Shown here piece after piece: positions 55,033-62,922 of a DNA stretch of 64,000 bases. The notes beneath the pieces were generated by a model. It saw only the letters and a list, made by a program, of their open reading frames with translations, made no database searches and was not told where the DNA came from. The position numbers were made by a program, and so were the translations under genes. Source of the DNA: a virus; the IMG/VR virus record IMGVR_UViG_3300006914_000013, positions 20,386-84,385 of that record; one strand, 5' to 3'. Numbering within the stretch: the stretch's first letter is position 1; each line of letters starts with the position of its first letter.

Positions 55033-55896
55033 AACAGATACTCCGTGTTAGGTGTGGGCAAAGGCGCTGCGCCTCGACATCCACAAAACGCGACATTTTG
55101 TCGCGCATTTTTTGCTAGGCGAGCTTTCCCCCTGGGCCACTTGCGCGGCTCACTGGGCGCGCCCCCCTGCGGGGGCGACTCGACTAGCAGCTACTTTTTA
55201 AAGAACGGGTACTACACTGAAATTATAGACGATAGCCAATCTGGTACACGGTTTTATCAATAATATTATTGCATAGCCTATATAACCAACAATACGCACC
55301 ATGTAAGAGCATGTAGACCTGGAAATAAACATGCCAATAAGCCTGGCAATGGACCCCGACCACACTTTTTCCCGACGAACGGCTGCCTGGCCCTAACCTT
55401 AGACCCCCTTTCCATACCCAACCCCCCCAAAATCCCAGCGGTACAGTGTACCAGGCCCCCGAAACCGCCCAATCCACCGGAAAATACCGTGCCAACTAAC
55501 GCAACACGTTAACCCACGCTGTAGCCCATAATGGTACACACCCCCACCCCGAAAATGCCCACCCCCGGCATTGCCCAGGGCGTCACTGGTGCCTCCCACC
55601 CCGCCCGTGCTAACGTCGCCGTAACGGGTCCAGTGCATTGGCAGATCGCTGCTCCCGTCGAGCCGCCCGCTGGCTTTCCGGGACAGCGGGCAGCTCACCC
55701 TCCCCGAACACCACCGCCCCAAAAACACCCCCAGCCCCCTATTCCAGCGCCCCCAGCCCGCGTGCTACCGTGCGCCGACGCTGCCGTTTGCCTGACCCCA
55801 CCCCAGGCAGGTACGTCCCGGGCGGCCGTGTCGATGCCCTCACCGTCGACACAGGCCCCCACCTATTCGCACCACCATCCGCAAGGAGCGCCGCCG

Positions 55897-56208
55897 ATGT
55901 CTGCCAGCCATTCCCTCGACGCCGAAATTGCCGGCGCCGGTCGCCCCGACCTCAGTACCCGCCAAGGCCGCGCCACCCACCGCACGCACGTCCTGTCGAC
56001 GGTCGTGCGGCGCATGCAGGTCCTCGACCGCCTGACCCCGGCCGACGCCATGGGCTTGTTCCCCGCCATCCTCAAGCACCTGTATGCCCTGCACGCCATC
56101 GGCCTGCTGACCGACACCGAACTGCGGCTGGGCTTCGCCGACCTGCGCCGCACCTACGCCCGCGAGCAGCCGACGCTGGTGGATCTACTGCCTGAAAAGG
56201 ACGCCTGA
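55897..56208 (+). CDS. Small helical protein, array paralog 1
   Basis: AAGGAG RBS; HLYALHAIGLLTDTE. Confidence 0.75.
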   Translation: MSASHSLDAEIAGAGRPDLSTRQGRATHRTHVLSTVVRRMQVLDRLTPADAMGLFPAILKHLYALHAIGLLTDTELRLGFADLRRTYAREQPTLVDLLPEKDA

Positions 56209-56210
56209 CC

Positions 56211-56516
56211 ATGGCCACCACCGAAACCCTCGACGAAGCCATCAACCGCCTGCACCTGCCGGACCTGACCGACGCCCAGGCCACCGCCGACTACCGCGCC
56301 GCCGTGCTGGTGGCGATCGTCCGCCAGTTGCAGGTCCTGCACCTGCGCCCGGCCGACGCCGCCCTGCACCTGCACACGCGGATCGTCAAACACCTGGAAG
56401 CGCTATGGGGCATTGGCCTGCTGACCGACGAACGCTTCCAGCTCGGCCTTGCCGACCTGACCCGCGCCTACGAGCGTGAACACCCCGGACTGCTGGAGAG
56501 CGCCCGCCATGGCTAA
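56211..56516 (+). CDS. Small helical protein, array paralog 2
   Basis: HLEALWGIGLLTDER; clearly similar to paralog 1. Confidence 0.75.
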   Translation: MATTETLDEAINRLHLPDLTDAQATADYRAAVLVAIVRQLQVLHLRPADAALHLHTRIVKHLEALWGIGLLTDERFQLGLADLTRAYEREHPGLLESARHG

Positions 56517-56868
56517 CGTCACCCCCGGGCAACGCGCCGCGCTGGATGCGCTGATCCAGCACCTGTCCGACCCGCGCCCCGACCTCCACACCGACCGTGG
56601 CCGCCTCGACTACCGCGACCTGCTGCTGGCACAGAACGCCCGCGCCCTGTGTGACCTGCAGGAACTGAACCCGGACGCGGCGGTGTTCCTCTACCACCTG
56701 GCGTGCGAGCGCTTGCGTGAGTTGTTGACCATGCAGCTGCTCAGCGAGGCCCGCGCCAAAGACCTGATCGGCGAGCTGGTCACGCTCTACGGGGGGTACC
56801 GCCCCGAGCTGCTGCCGCGCATCCTGACCGAAGCCAAACACAATACGGAAGGGACTCTAGATGCCTGA
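56509..56868 (+). CDS. Small helical protein, array paralog 3
   Basis: PDL...DYR...RLRELLTMQLLSEAR. Confidence 0.7.
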   Translation: MANVTPGQRAALDALIQHLSDPRPDLHTDRGRLDYRDLLLAQNARALCDLQELNPDAAVFLYHLACERLRELLTMQLLSEARAKDLIGELVTLYGGYRPELLPRILTEAKHNTEGTLDA

Positions 56869-57169
56869 AATGACCCTGACCCTCGATTCCCCGCAACTGG
56901 TCGCACTGTCCGCCTTTGGCGCACGCTTCCACGCTTACGCCGACCTCAAAGACCCGCTGTTGGCCATCACCGAAGCCGCCCGCCTCAAGGGCCGGTTGGA
57001 GGTGCTGGTGCAGCTGGAGCTGTACACCCCCGAGGAAGGCCTAAAGGCCCGGCAGATGATCGACTTGCTGCTGGCCTCGATCCTCGAAACCTACCTCGAC
57101 GAGCGTTATGACACCGCCCCGGTGCGCGGCCTGCTGACGACCCAGCACGACCATGTGAAGGGCTTCTGA
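56861..57169 (+). CDS. Small helical protein, probable array paralog 4
   Basis: GRLEVLVQLELYTPEE. Confidence 0.65.
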   Translation: MPEMTLTLDSPQLVALSAFGARFHAYADLKDPLLAITEAARLKGRLEVLVQLELYTPEEGLKARQMIDLLLASILETYLDERYDTAPVRGLLTTQHDHVKGF

Positions 57170-57170
57170 C

Positions 57171-57497
57171 ATGCCGGAATACACCCAACACGAACTGAAC
57201 CAGCTGCACGCCATCGCTCGACAGCAGATCCGCTTTGTCACCATGGCCCAAGACGCCCAGGCGGCGAGCAACCGGCGTTTCAATGTCCTCGGGGTGTTCC
57301 AGGGCTTGGTGCTCTGCGGCGCGCTGACCGACGAGCAGGCCCACGCGCTGGTGGTCGAACTGCAACAGACCACCGTGGGCCGGATCGACGAACTGACCCA
57401 GCAGGTGCTGCACGACACCTTGGCGCCAGGCGGCGTGCATTGCACCGGCCACGTCGACTACGACCCGAGCAGCCGCAAGCCGGAGGGGAAGCCATGA
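57171..57497 (+). CDS. Small helical protein, probable array paralog 5
   Basis: GVFQGLVLCGALTDEQAHAL. Confidence 0.65.
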   Translation: MPEYTQHELNQLHAIARQQIRFVTMAQDAQAASNRRFNVLGVFQGLVLCGALTDEQAHALVVELQQTTVGRIDELTQQVLHDTLAPGGVHCTGHVDYDPSSRKPEGKP

Positions 57498-57760
57498 GTG
57501 ATATTTTCCCCGGGGCGCGGCTGTTCCAGATCAAGGCCACCCACGGCGTGCCGCTGGACATCACACTGGACCTCCTGTTCAGCCGCCACCTGCGCGTGGA
57601 CTGGCAGGGCTTCGTCGACGAAGCGCGGCGCAACCACTGGTGGGACTTCCAGACCCTGGACGTGGTGCAGAACGCCTTGGCCGAGGTGCTGGACCACACG
57701 GACCAGCAGGCCATCCTGCTGCGGCTCAAGCGCTACATGCTGGAGAACCGACTGCCATGA
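57494..57760 (+). CDS. Stand-alone alanyl-tRNA-synthetase-like helical subdomain
   Basis: GARLFQIKATHGVPLDIT...LRVDWQGF resembles the AlaRS motif G..AF.LYDTYGFPLDLT......GL.VD..GF. Confidence 0.6.
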   Translation: MSDIFPGARLFQIKATHGVPLDITLDLLFSRHLRVDWQGFVDEARRNHWWDFQTLDVVQNALAEVLDHTDQQAILLRLKRYMLENRLP

Positions 57761-58155
57761 CCCCCCTTGAAGACATCATTAACCGCAACATCGCCGCCAT
57801 CCTCGACGCCTTGCAGGCGCGGTTCGAAGCCCGGCCGCTCGACCCCGAGTTGCAGGCGTTGTTCGAACTTGCCGCGACCTCGGTGAGCCTGGTGTTCCCG
57901 GCCAACGCCGAGCAGGCCACCGAAGAACAGCGCGCCGGCTACGTGGCCAGCCTGAAAGCGCGGATGGACTCGCTGGGGCCGCTGTTCCGCTCCAGCCGCG
58001 ACCCGGCCCGCGCCCTGCGCAGCCTGGTGATCTGCTGGCACTGCATTGACCGGCTGGAGCAGGCGCAGTACCTCGACCGCGAGCAAGGTAACGCCATGAA
58101 GGGCGAGGTGCTGGCGCATTACGCGGTGTACGCGCCGATTGAGCCGCCGCAATGA
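57757..58155 (+). CDS. Small helical protein, probable array paralog 6
   Basis: CIDRLEQAQYLDREQGNAM...Y. Confidence 0.65.
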   Translation: MTPLEDIINRNIAAILDALQARFEARPLDPELQALFELAATSVSLVFPANAEQATEEQRAGYVASLKARMDSLGPLFRSSRDPARALRSLVICWHCIDRLEQAQYLDREQGNAMKGEVLAHYAVYAPIEPPQ

Positions 58156-58394
58156 CCGCCGAGCCCGACCGTGGCCCGGTCTACACCGCGCTGCTGGAAC
58201 ACCTCGACCACCTGCTCGACCACCTGCTGCCGCTGGCCAGCGACGACGGCGCGTTTCAGATCCTCACCGCCGGCCGCGCTACGGTGCGCAGCCTGTACGG
58301 CCAGGGGTTGCTCGACGACGCCGAGGCCGAGGCCCTGATGGATCGCGTGCATGGTGCCTACCGCAATCACAGCCCCGGAGGCTTCCTGCAATGA
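58152..58394 (+). CDS. Small helical protein, probable array paralog 7
   Basis: TVRSLYGQGLLDDAEAEAL...AY. Confidence 0.65.
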   Translation: MTAEPDRGPVYTALLEHLDHLLDHLLPLASDDGAFQILTAGRATVRSLYGQGLLDDAEAEALMDRVHGAYRNHSPGGFLQ

Positions 58395-58654
58395 CCCACA
58401 AAGAACTCCAGCAACAGACCCTGGGCAACCTGCGCCGCGGCCTGTTGTTCCTCCACGACAGCAGCGAGGAAGCCGCCATGCTGGTGATCGGCATGCACAT
58501 CACCGCGCTGGGTGTGCTGCGCCGCCACAAGTACCTGACCGTCGATGAACTGATGGAGGAAATGCGCACGCTCTATGTGGCCGTCGAAGAGACGCACCCG
58601 GGTAAGTGGGAAGCGTTCGGCGGGCCGCGCCTGCCCGACACCTTGAAGGCCTGA
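58391..58654 (+). CDS. Small helical protein, probable array paralog 8
   Basis: ALGVLRRHKYLTVDEL...EETHPG. Confidence 0.65.
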   Translation: MTHKELQQQTLGNLRRGLLFLHDSSEEAAMLVIGMHITALGVLRRHKYLTVDELMEEMRTLYVAVEETHPGKWEAFGGPRLPDTLKA

Positions 58655-58697
58655 CCTACACTAAAAGGGGTCAGCCACCAAAAAGTGAAGACCCCCG

Positions 58698-59123
58698 ATG
58701 AACGCACCCGCCGCCGCTGTTGCTGCCCCGATCCCCTCCCTGTACCACCGCCCCGAAATGATCGCCATGCCGGCCACCCTACCGGAGTGCGAGACCCTGC
58801 GCGTCGAGCTGGATTCGACGATCATCGAGCTGAGCAACAAGCTCGACCTGGTGCGCCGTCGCAGCAAGACCGAGGGCACGTTCGCCGATTCCGAGTGGTA
58901 CAGCCGGGCGACCGCCAAGCTGCGTTATCTGCGCCGCGACCAGCAGCGCCTGATGCGCCACGTCGCCGAGCTGCACAAGGCCGAACGGATGGACGCCAAC
59001 AGCGTCGACCTGGTGCTGCTGCGCGAGCTGCGCAAGACGTTGGGGGAGGAAGCCTATCAGGCCCGCTGTGCGCAGGCCTTGGCGGTGCTGCTGGGGCCGG
59101 TCACTCAGGATCAGACGGCTTAG
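58698..59123 (+). CDS. Coiled-coil hypothetical protein
   Basis: 141 aa with DSEWYSRATAKLR. Confidence 0.6.
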   Translation: MNAPAAAVAAPIPSLYHRPEMIAMPATLPECETLRVELDSTIIELSNKLDLVRRRSKTEGTFADSEWYSRATAKLRYLRRDQQRLMRHVAELHKAERMDANSVDLVLLRELRKTLGEEAYQARCAQALAVLLGPVTQDQTA

Positions 59124-59727
59124 GGTCGCCGAGGGCCAACCTGCCTTGGTTGGCCTTCAACTGCTCCAGTTCCAGCTGCTTGGCCGCCTTGGTCCCGGCG
59201 CGCACGTAGTCATGAACGATGCGGATGCGGTCGCCCTTGTAGAACAGGTTCGGGTTGACCCAGTACAGGCTGTCCATCCCTTCGACCGGGGCGATGAAGC
59301 CTTTCACACACAACTCGTTGGTGCCGTTGTTGAAGCTCGCCCGCGACTTATCGAAGCCGTAGTACAGGCGCACCATTTCGTGGTTGAAATACAGTTGGTC
59401 CGGCTGATTTTTCTGCTCAAGGTAGACGTTCATAATCGCCTTGAACACGTCCTTCGCCGGTTTGGTCAGCTCAAACACTTCCATGATCCCGGCGCCGAAG
59501 AATTTCACGAATTCCTCTTTGTCGACGATCTTTTGCACCCCCACTACGGCAATATCACTGGTCACCTCGCCGGTGGATCGGTTGATCAGGTCGTGTTGCG
59601 AGGTGGCGAAGCCAGTAACCTTGCGACCCTTCTTGATCGTATGCACCAGTTCACCGGCCCACGGGTTAACCCGGGTGGGGGTGATTTCTGCACGGGTCGT
59701 GTAATACCCTTTTTTCTCATCGGCCAC
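59101..59727 (-). CDS. Plasmid replication initiator, RepL-like winged helix
   Basis: VDKEEFVKFF...SRASFNNGTNEL..KGFI...YWVNPNLFYKGDR; adjacent iteron region. Confidence 0.75.
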   Translation of the reverse strand: MADEKKGYYTTRAEITPTRVNPWAGELVHTIKKGRKVTGFATSQHDLINRSTGEVTSDIAVVGVQKIVDKEEFVKFFGAGIMEVFELTKPAKDVFKAIMNVYLEQKNQPDQLYFNHEMVRLYYGFDKSRASFNNGTNELCVKGFIAPVEGMDSLYWVNPNLFYKGDRIRIVHDYVRAGTKAAKQLELEQLKANQGRLALGDPKPSDPE

Positions 59728-59768
59728 TTAGCTGTAAACCCCTGTTTTTACGCTGCTTCTGGCAGCCG

Positions 59769-60051
59769 TTCTACCGGTCTGGTGTGAATACTAGTCACTT
59801 TTCTACTAACAGGGTAGAAAAGACCTATCTTTTTCTGTCTAAGTCCGCAGACTTTCTAACAAAACGCCAGAAAACGCCGGGGCATTTCTACCTCGACGGT
59901 AGAAAACACCCCTAGTTTTCTACGATTTCACGCAGAAATTCTAACGAACCGTCTTGAATCCCGTTAGAATTTCTACCAGACCAGTAGAAAAAGACTGTGT
60001 ATTTCTACCGAAACAGTCTCAAATTCTACCGACTCAGTGTGAAATTCTACC
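59769..60051. repeat. Putative replication origin: phased TTCTAC iterons
   Basis: 11 TTCTAC-like boxes spaced 32 or 21 bp apart; three TTTCTAC-N7-GTAGAAA palindromes 85 bp apart; AT-rich; directly upstream of rep. Confidence 0.8.
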
Positions 60052-60163
60052 AACTGCCCTTGAAAACAAAGGCCTCCAGAGCAGGCTTTCTTAATCTTAG
60101 ATATAGGGGTGTTTCAGACGCCCTCAAAAGCCTGACGCCTCGCTTCGCTCGTTGTCGGGTCAA

Positions 60164-60457
60164 TCAAGCCCCGGGGCGGTGAAGCTGCCCCGGATCTTGC
60201 TCGACCTCCCTGCACAGCTCAGCCACTTTCAGCGCTCCAGCGGCCAGCCCGCCGATGTTCAGGCACAGCACCTGGCACAAGCGGGCGACCAGCATGAACG
60301 AAGGCGCTGCCTGCCCGTGCTCGATCTCCCACAGGTAGGATTTCGAGGTGCCTGCCTGCTTGGCCACTTCGTCCAACGTCAGGCGCATGGCCTTGCGCTG
60401 GACGAACATGAACTGGCCCAGGTATTCCGTTTCCGGTGTTGCTTTGGTCCCGCTCAC
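60164..60457 (-). CDS. XRE-family HTH regulator
   Basis: LTLDEVAKQAGTSKSYLWEIEHG...PS. Confidence 0.85.
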   Translation of the reverse strand: MSGTKATPETEYLGQFMFVQRKAMRLTLDEVAKQAGTSKSYLWEIEHGQAAPSFMLVARLCQVLCLNIGGLAAGALKVAELCREVEQDPGQLHRPGA

Positions 60458-60714
60458 CGTTCGAAGGGTACTTTGATTTCCAGGCCCTCCGTGGAGCCGA
60501 CGATCGCACTGATCAGCACAGCGTGCAGACCGCGCAGGTTGATTTCGGTGTCCATCGCCAAGCGTTCGCCGGGCTTTTCCAGCACCCGTTTCAACGCCAG
60601 GGCGTAGAAAAAGGCGTTGTCACCGCGAATGAACACCCCGGGCCAGTCGTTACCAAATTGCAGCGCGCCGGATTCCACGCGGTCTTCTTGTTCGGGGAGT
60701 AGCTGAATTGTCAT
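60454..60714 (-). CDS. Hypothetical protein
   Basis: RVESGALQFGNDWPGVFIRGDNA. Confidence 0.65.
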   Translation of the reverse strand: MTIQLLPEQEDRVESGALQFGNDWPGVFIRGDNAFFYALALKRVLEKPGERLAMDTEINLRGLHAVLISAIVGSTEGLEIKVPFER

Positions 60715-60956
60715 GGGTCATTCCCTTGGTTGCTTGGTTGTTCATCAGCCTCGCGCACGGCCTTGATCAGGTCGCGGCGAGTGTTCTTGCGTGCGTGGCG
60801 ACAGCTCGGGGTGTAGGAGGCCCATACCGCCCGCGTCCCCGGACGGCGAAAGGCCAACTGTGTGCTGCCGGTGACTTCGCAGGTGAAACCCAGCTCCTTG
60901 GCGAAATCAATCAGCTTGCGCAAATCCGAACCGCCGCGCTGCGGCGCGCTCATCAC
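60711..60956 (-). CDS. HicA-like fold protein lacking the catalytic His
   Basis: LIDFAKELGF...TGSTQLAF..PG...TPS...KN. Confidence 0.5.
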   Translation of the reverse strand: MMSAPQRGGSDLRKLIDFAKELGFTCEVTGSTQLAFRRPGTRAVWASYTPSCRHARKNTRRDLIKAVREADEQPSNQGNDP

Positions 60957-61621
60957 GCACCTTTTTGCGCTTTGGCTTTCTTCTTCGGGGTCGTCGTGGC
61001 GGCCTGCTCAGCCAGCGCATCCCGCAACGCCAGCACATCCTCCACGGCGGCCTCCGGCCCGGAACGCAAGCTGCGCGTCATGTTGCTCACGGCTGCGTAG
61101 CCCTGCGAAACCCCGGCCCCGGTGGCGGCGAAGGTCTGCGCGTGGGCACCGCTCATGCCGTAGAACTTGGCGGTGGCGAAGGCATCCTGGTTGGCCGCGA
61201 GGAACACGAACACCCAGCCCTTGGCCTCGGCCTCCGTGACCAGCTGGCGCACCATCGGCGCGGTGAATTCCTTGCTTTGGTTCTCACCGCCATCGGTGGT
61301 GATGCAGACGATGACTTTCTCGGCCCAGCCCTCGGCCTCGATCCGTGCCCCTTCCACCTGCAACGTGCGCCCGATCGCGTCCATCAGTGCCGTACCGCCT
61401 CGCGGTACGAAGGTCATGTGCGTCAGGGGCTGGGCCTCGGCCAACGGCGTGGCGGCGTACAGCAGATCGTATTGGTCATCGAACAGCGCGACGGTGATGC
61501 GGGCTTCGCCGTCGACGCTCTGCTGGTCCTTGAGGAAGGTGTTGTATCCGCCGATCGCGTCCGCCGCGATGGTGGCCATGGAACCGCTACGGTCGAGAAC
61601 CGCGAGAATTTCAGTCTTCAT
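60953..61621 (-). CDS. vWA domain protein
   Basis: MIDAS motif DRSGSM, GGTAL.DA, TDGGEN.S. Confidence 0.9.
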   Translation of the reverse strand: MKTEILAVLDRSGSMATIAADAIGGYNTFLKDQQSVDGEARITVALFDDQYDLLYAATPLAEAQPLTHMTFVPRGGTALMDAIGRTLQVEGARIEAEGWAEKVIVCITTDGGENQSKEFTAPMVRQLVTEAEAKGWVFVFLAANQDAFATAKFYGMSGAHAQTFAATGAGVSQGYAAVSNMTRSLRSGPEAAVEDVLALRDALAEQAATTTPKKKAKAQKGA

Positions 61622-61911
61622 GCTTCATTCCTTTGCTCGATGGTGGGGGTGTCGAAAACTTCGAACAGGTGCCACACGAAGGCGCCGGTCTGGAAAGTGG
61701 CCAGGTACTCGCCGGGGTCGTCCGGCATCGGGTTGCCGGTGCCGTGGATCGCCAGCCGCCGTGGTTCCAGCGGCGCGTTGGCATCGCACAGGCACCAGAT
61801 GTGCGGCTCGCCACCCTGCAGCTGTACGTCCAGCCACAGGGCGCCGATCGGCAGGTTCAGGGTTTGTTCGTTGAGCATTGCCAAAGGCCATTTCCAGATG
61901 CGCGTTGCCAT
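61618..61911 (-). CDS. Hypothetical phage protein
   Basis: IWKWPL...LPIGA...GTG...YLAT.Q...VWHLFE. Confidence 0.7.
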   Translation of the reverse strand: MATRIWKWPLAMLNEQTLNLPIGALWLDVQLQGGEPHIWCLCDANAPLEPRRLAIHGTGNPMPDDPGEYLATFQTGAFVWHLFEVFDTPTIEQRNEA

Positions 61912-61941
61912 GTCTTATTCCTTCGCATGGTTGGGGGTGAA

Positions 61942-62214
61942 TCAGGGGAAAATGCGCTGGTACTGCTTGGTGGGAATGTAGAGTTTCCTGACGTGGCACA
62001 GCCGCGCCTGGCCCGGGTACAGCTCCTGAAACAGGGCGAAATCGCGGGTGGCGGTGGCCGATGTCACGCCGAAATACTCGATCAAGTGTTTGCGGGTGAT
62101 GCCGCCCCAGTGGAACAGGATGAAGTCGATGAAGCGCATCCGTTGCTCCATGGCGTAGGTCAACTTCGGCCGCCCGCACGGGGTCAGGCCCACCACAACC
62201 TGGTCTATCTCCAC
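61942..62214 (-). CDS. Stand-alone BrxR/CapW-type N-terminal wHTH, paralog A
   Basis: EQRMRFIDFILFHWGGITRKHLIEYFGVTSATATRDFALF...P; no WYL domain. Confidence 0.75.
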   Translation of the reverse strand: MEIDQVVVGLTPCGRPKLTYAMEQRMRFIDFILFHWGGITRKHLIEYFGVTSATATRDFALFQELYPGQARLCHVRKLYIPTKQYQRIFP

Positions 62215-62248
62215 GAACAGTTCCTTCTATTTATAGTTGTCTTGTCGG

Positions 62249-62476
62249 TCAGGAATACTGGGGTTTGAAGGTCGCGGAACGCACCCAGCGCTTGCTCTTG
62301 AAGTCGTAGTCGGCGTTCCCCGGGTTGGCCTCCCGGTATAGCGTTAGGTCGTTCGACGCACAGGGAATGCTGATCCCGAAAAAGTCGCACAGCTCGGGGC
62401 GGCCGACGTGGCCGTAGTGCTCCAGCAGGAAATCAATCAGACGCAGGCGCTGCTCGATCGCGTAGTTCGGACTCAT
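62249..62476 (-). CDS. Stand-alone BrxR/CapW-type N-terminal wHTH, paralog B
   Basis: EQRLRLIDFLL..YG.VGR..L..FFGIS...AS.DL..Y....PGN..YD...KR......FKP. Confidence 0.8.
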   Translation of the reverse strand: MSPNYAIEQRLRLIDFLLEHYGHVGRPELCDFFGISIPCASNDLTLYREANPGNADYDFKSKRWVRSATFKPQYS

Positions 62477-62922
62477 GGCGTCCCACCTCCAGCCTCCATT
62501 GCCTCACGCGCCGCCAAGACGGCATCGCCCAGGCGCCGAAGCACCAGACGCGATTCTTTGTTGTGAGGCTTCCAGTGCAGCGCGATGTCATCGAACACGG
62601 CCATCAGCAGCATGGAGAGCCCATCGCGTTGACCACGCACCAGGGCGATGTCGCTGATCGCGGCGGCCAGATCCAGGCGAAGCACTTCGGTGCGCCGATA
62701 CAGCGATTCCAGCGGCTCTTGCATCATGCCGCCCTTGGGGATCGGCGCTGACAACGCTTCCTCCCAGCGCGTGGCCACGCCTATGCGACCGTCATCCTGC
62801 CCGGCCCAATACTGCGCGTTCGATTCGTCGTGCCGGCAGACCTCCAGCTCCAGCGTCAGCCGCTCGATCTGGTCCTGTAGGGCCTGCATTTCGCTGGCCC
62901 AGGTGTCAGGCGGCTGGCTCAA
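62473..62922 (-). CDS. Coiled-coil hypothetical protein
   Basis: TTGA overlap with the upstream gene; start uncertain. Confidence 0.55.
   Translation of the reverse strand: MSQPPDTWASEMQALQDQIERLTLELEVCRHDESNAQYWAGQDDGRIGVATRWEEALSAPIPKGGMMQEPLESLYRRTEVLRLDLAAAISDIALVRGQRDGLSMLLMAVFDDIALHWKPHNKESRLVLRRLGDAVLAAREAMEAGGGTP

Noticed and set aside
55258-55271. Palindrome as a protelomerase (telRL) site
   Set aside because: Only 14 bp, much shorter than known tel sites, and no protelomerase gene is in the window.
55531-55896. Pro-rich N-terminal extension of the 225-aa ORF
   Set aside because: Reflects C-rich non-coding DNA; a strong AAGGAG RBS and paralog alignment place the start at 55897.
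59769-60051. Possible CRISPR array (TTTCTAC resembles part of Cas12a repeats; ~32-bp spacing)
   Set aside because: Conserved unit is only 6-7 bp, occurs in both orientations, and no cas genes are present; an iteron origin next to rep fits better.
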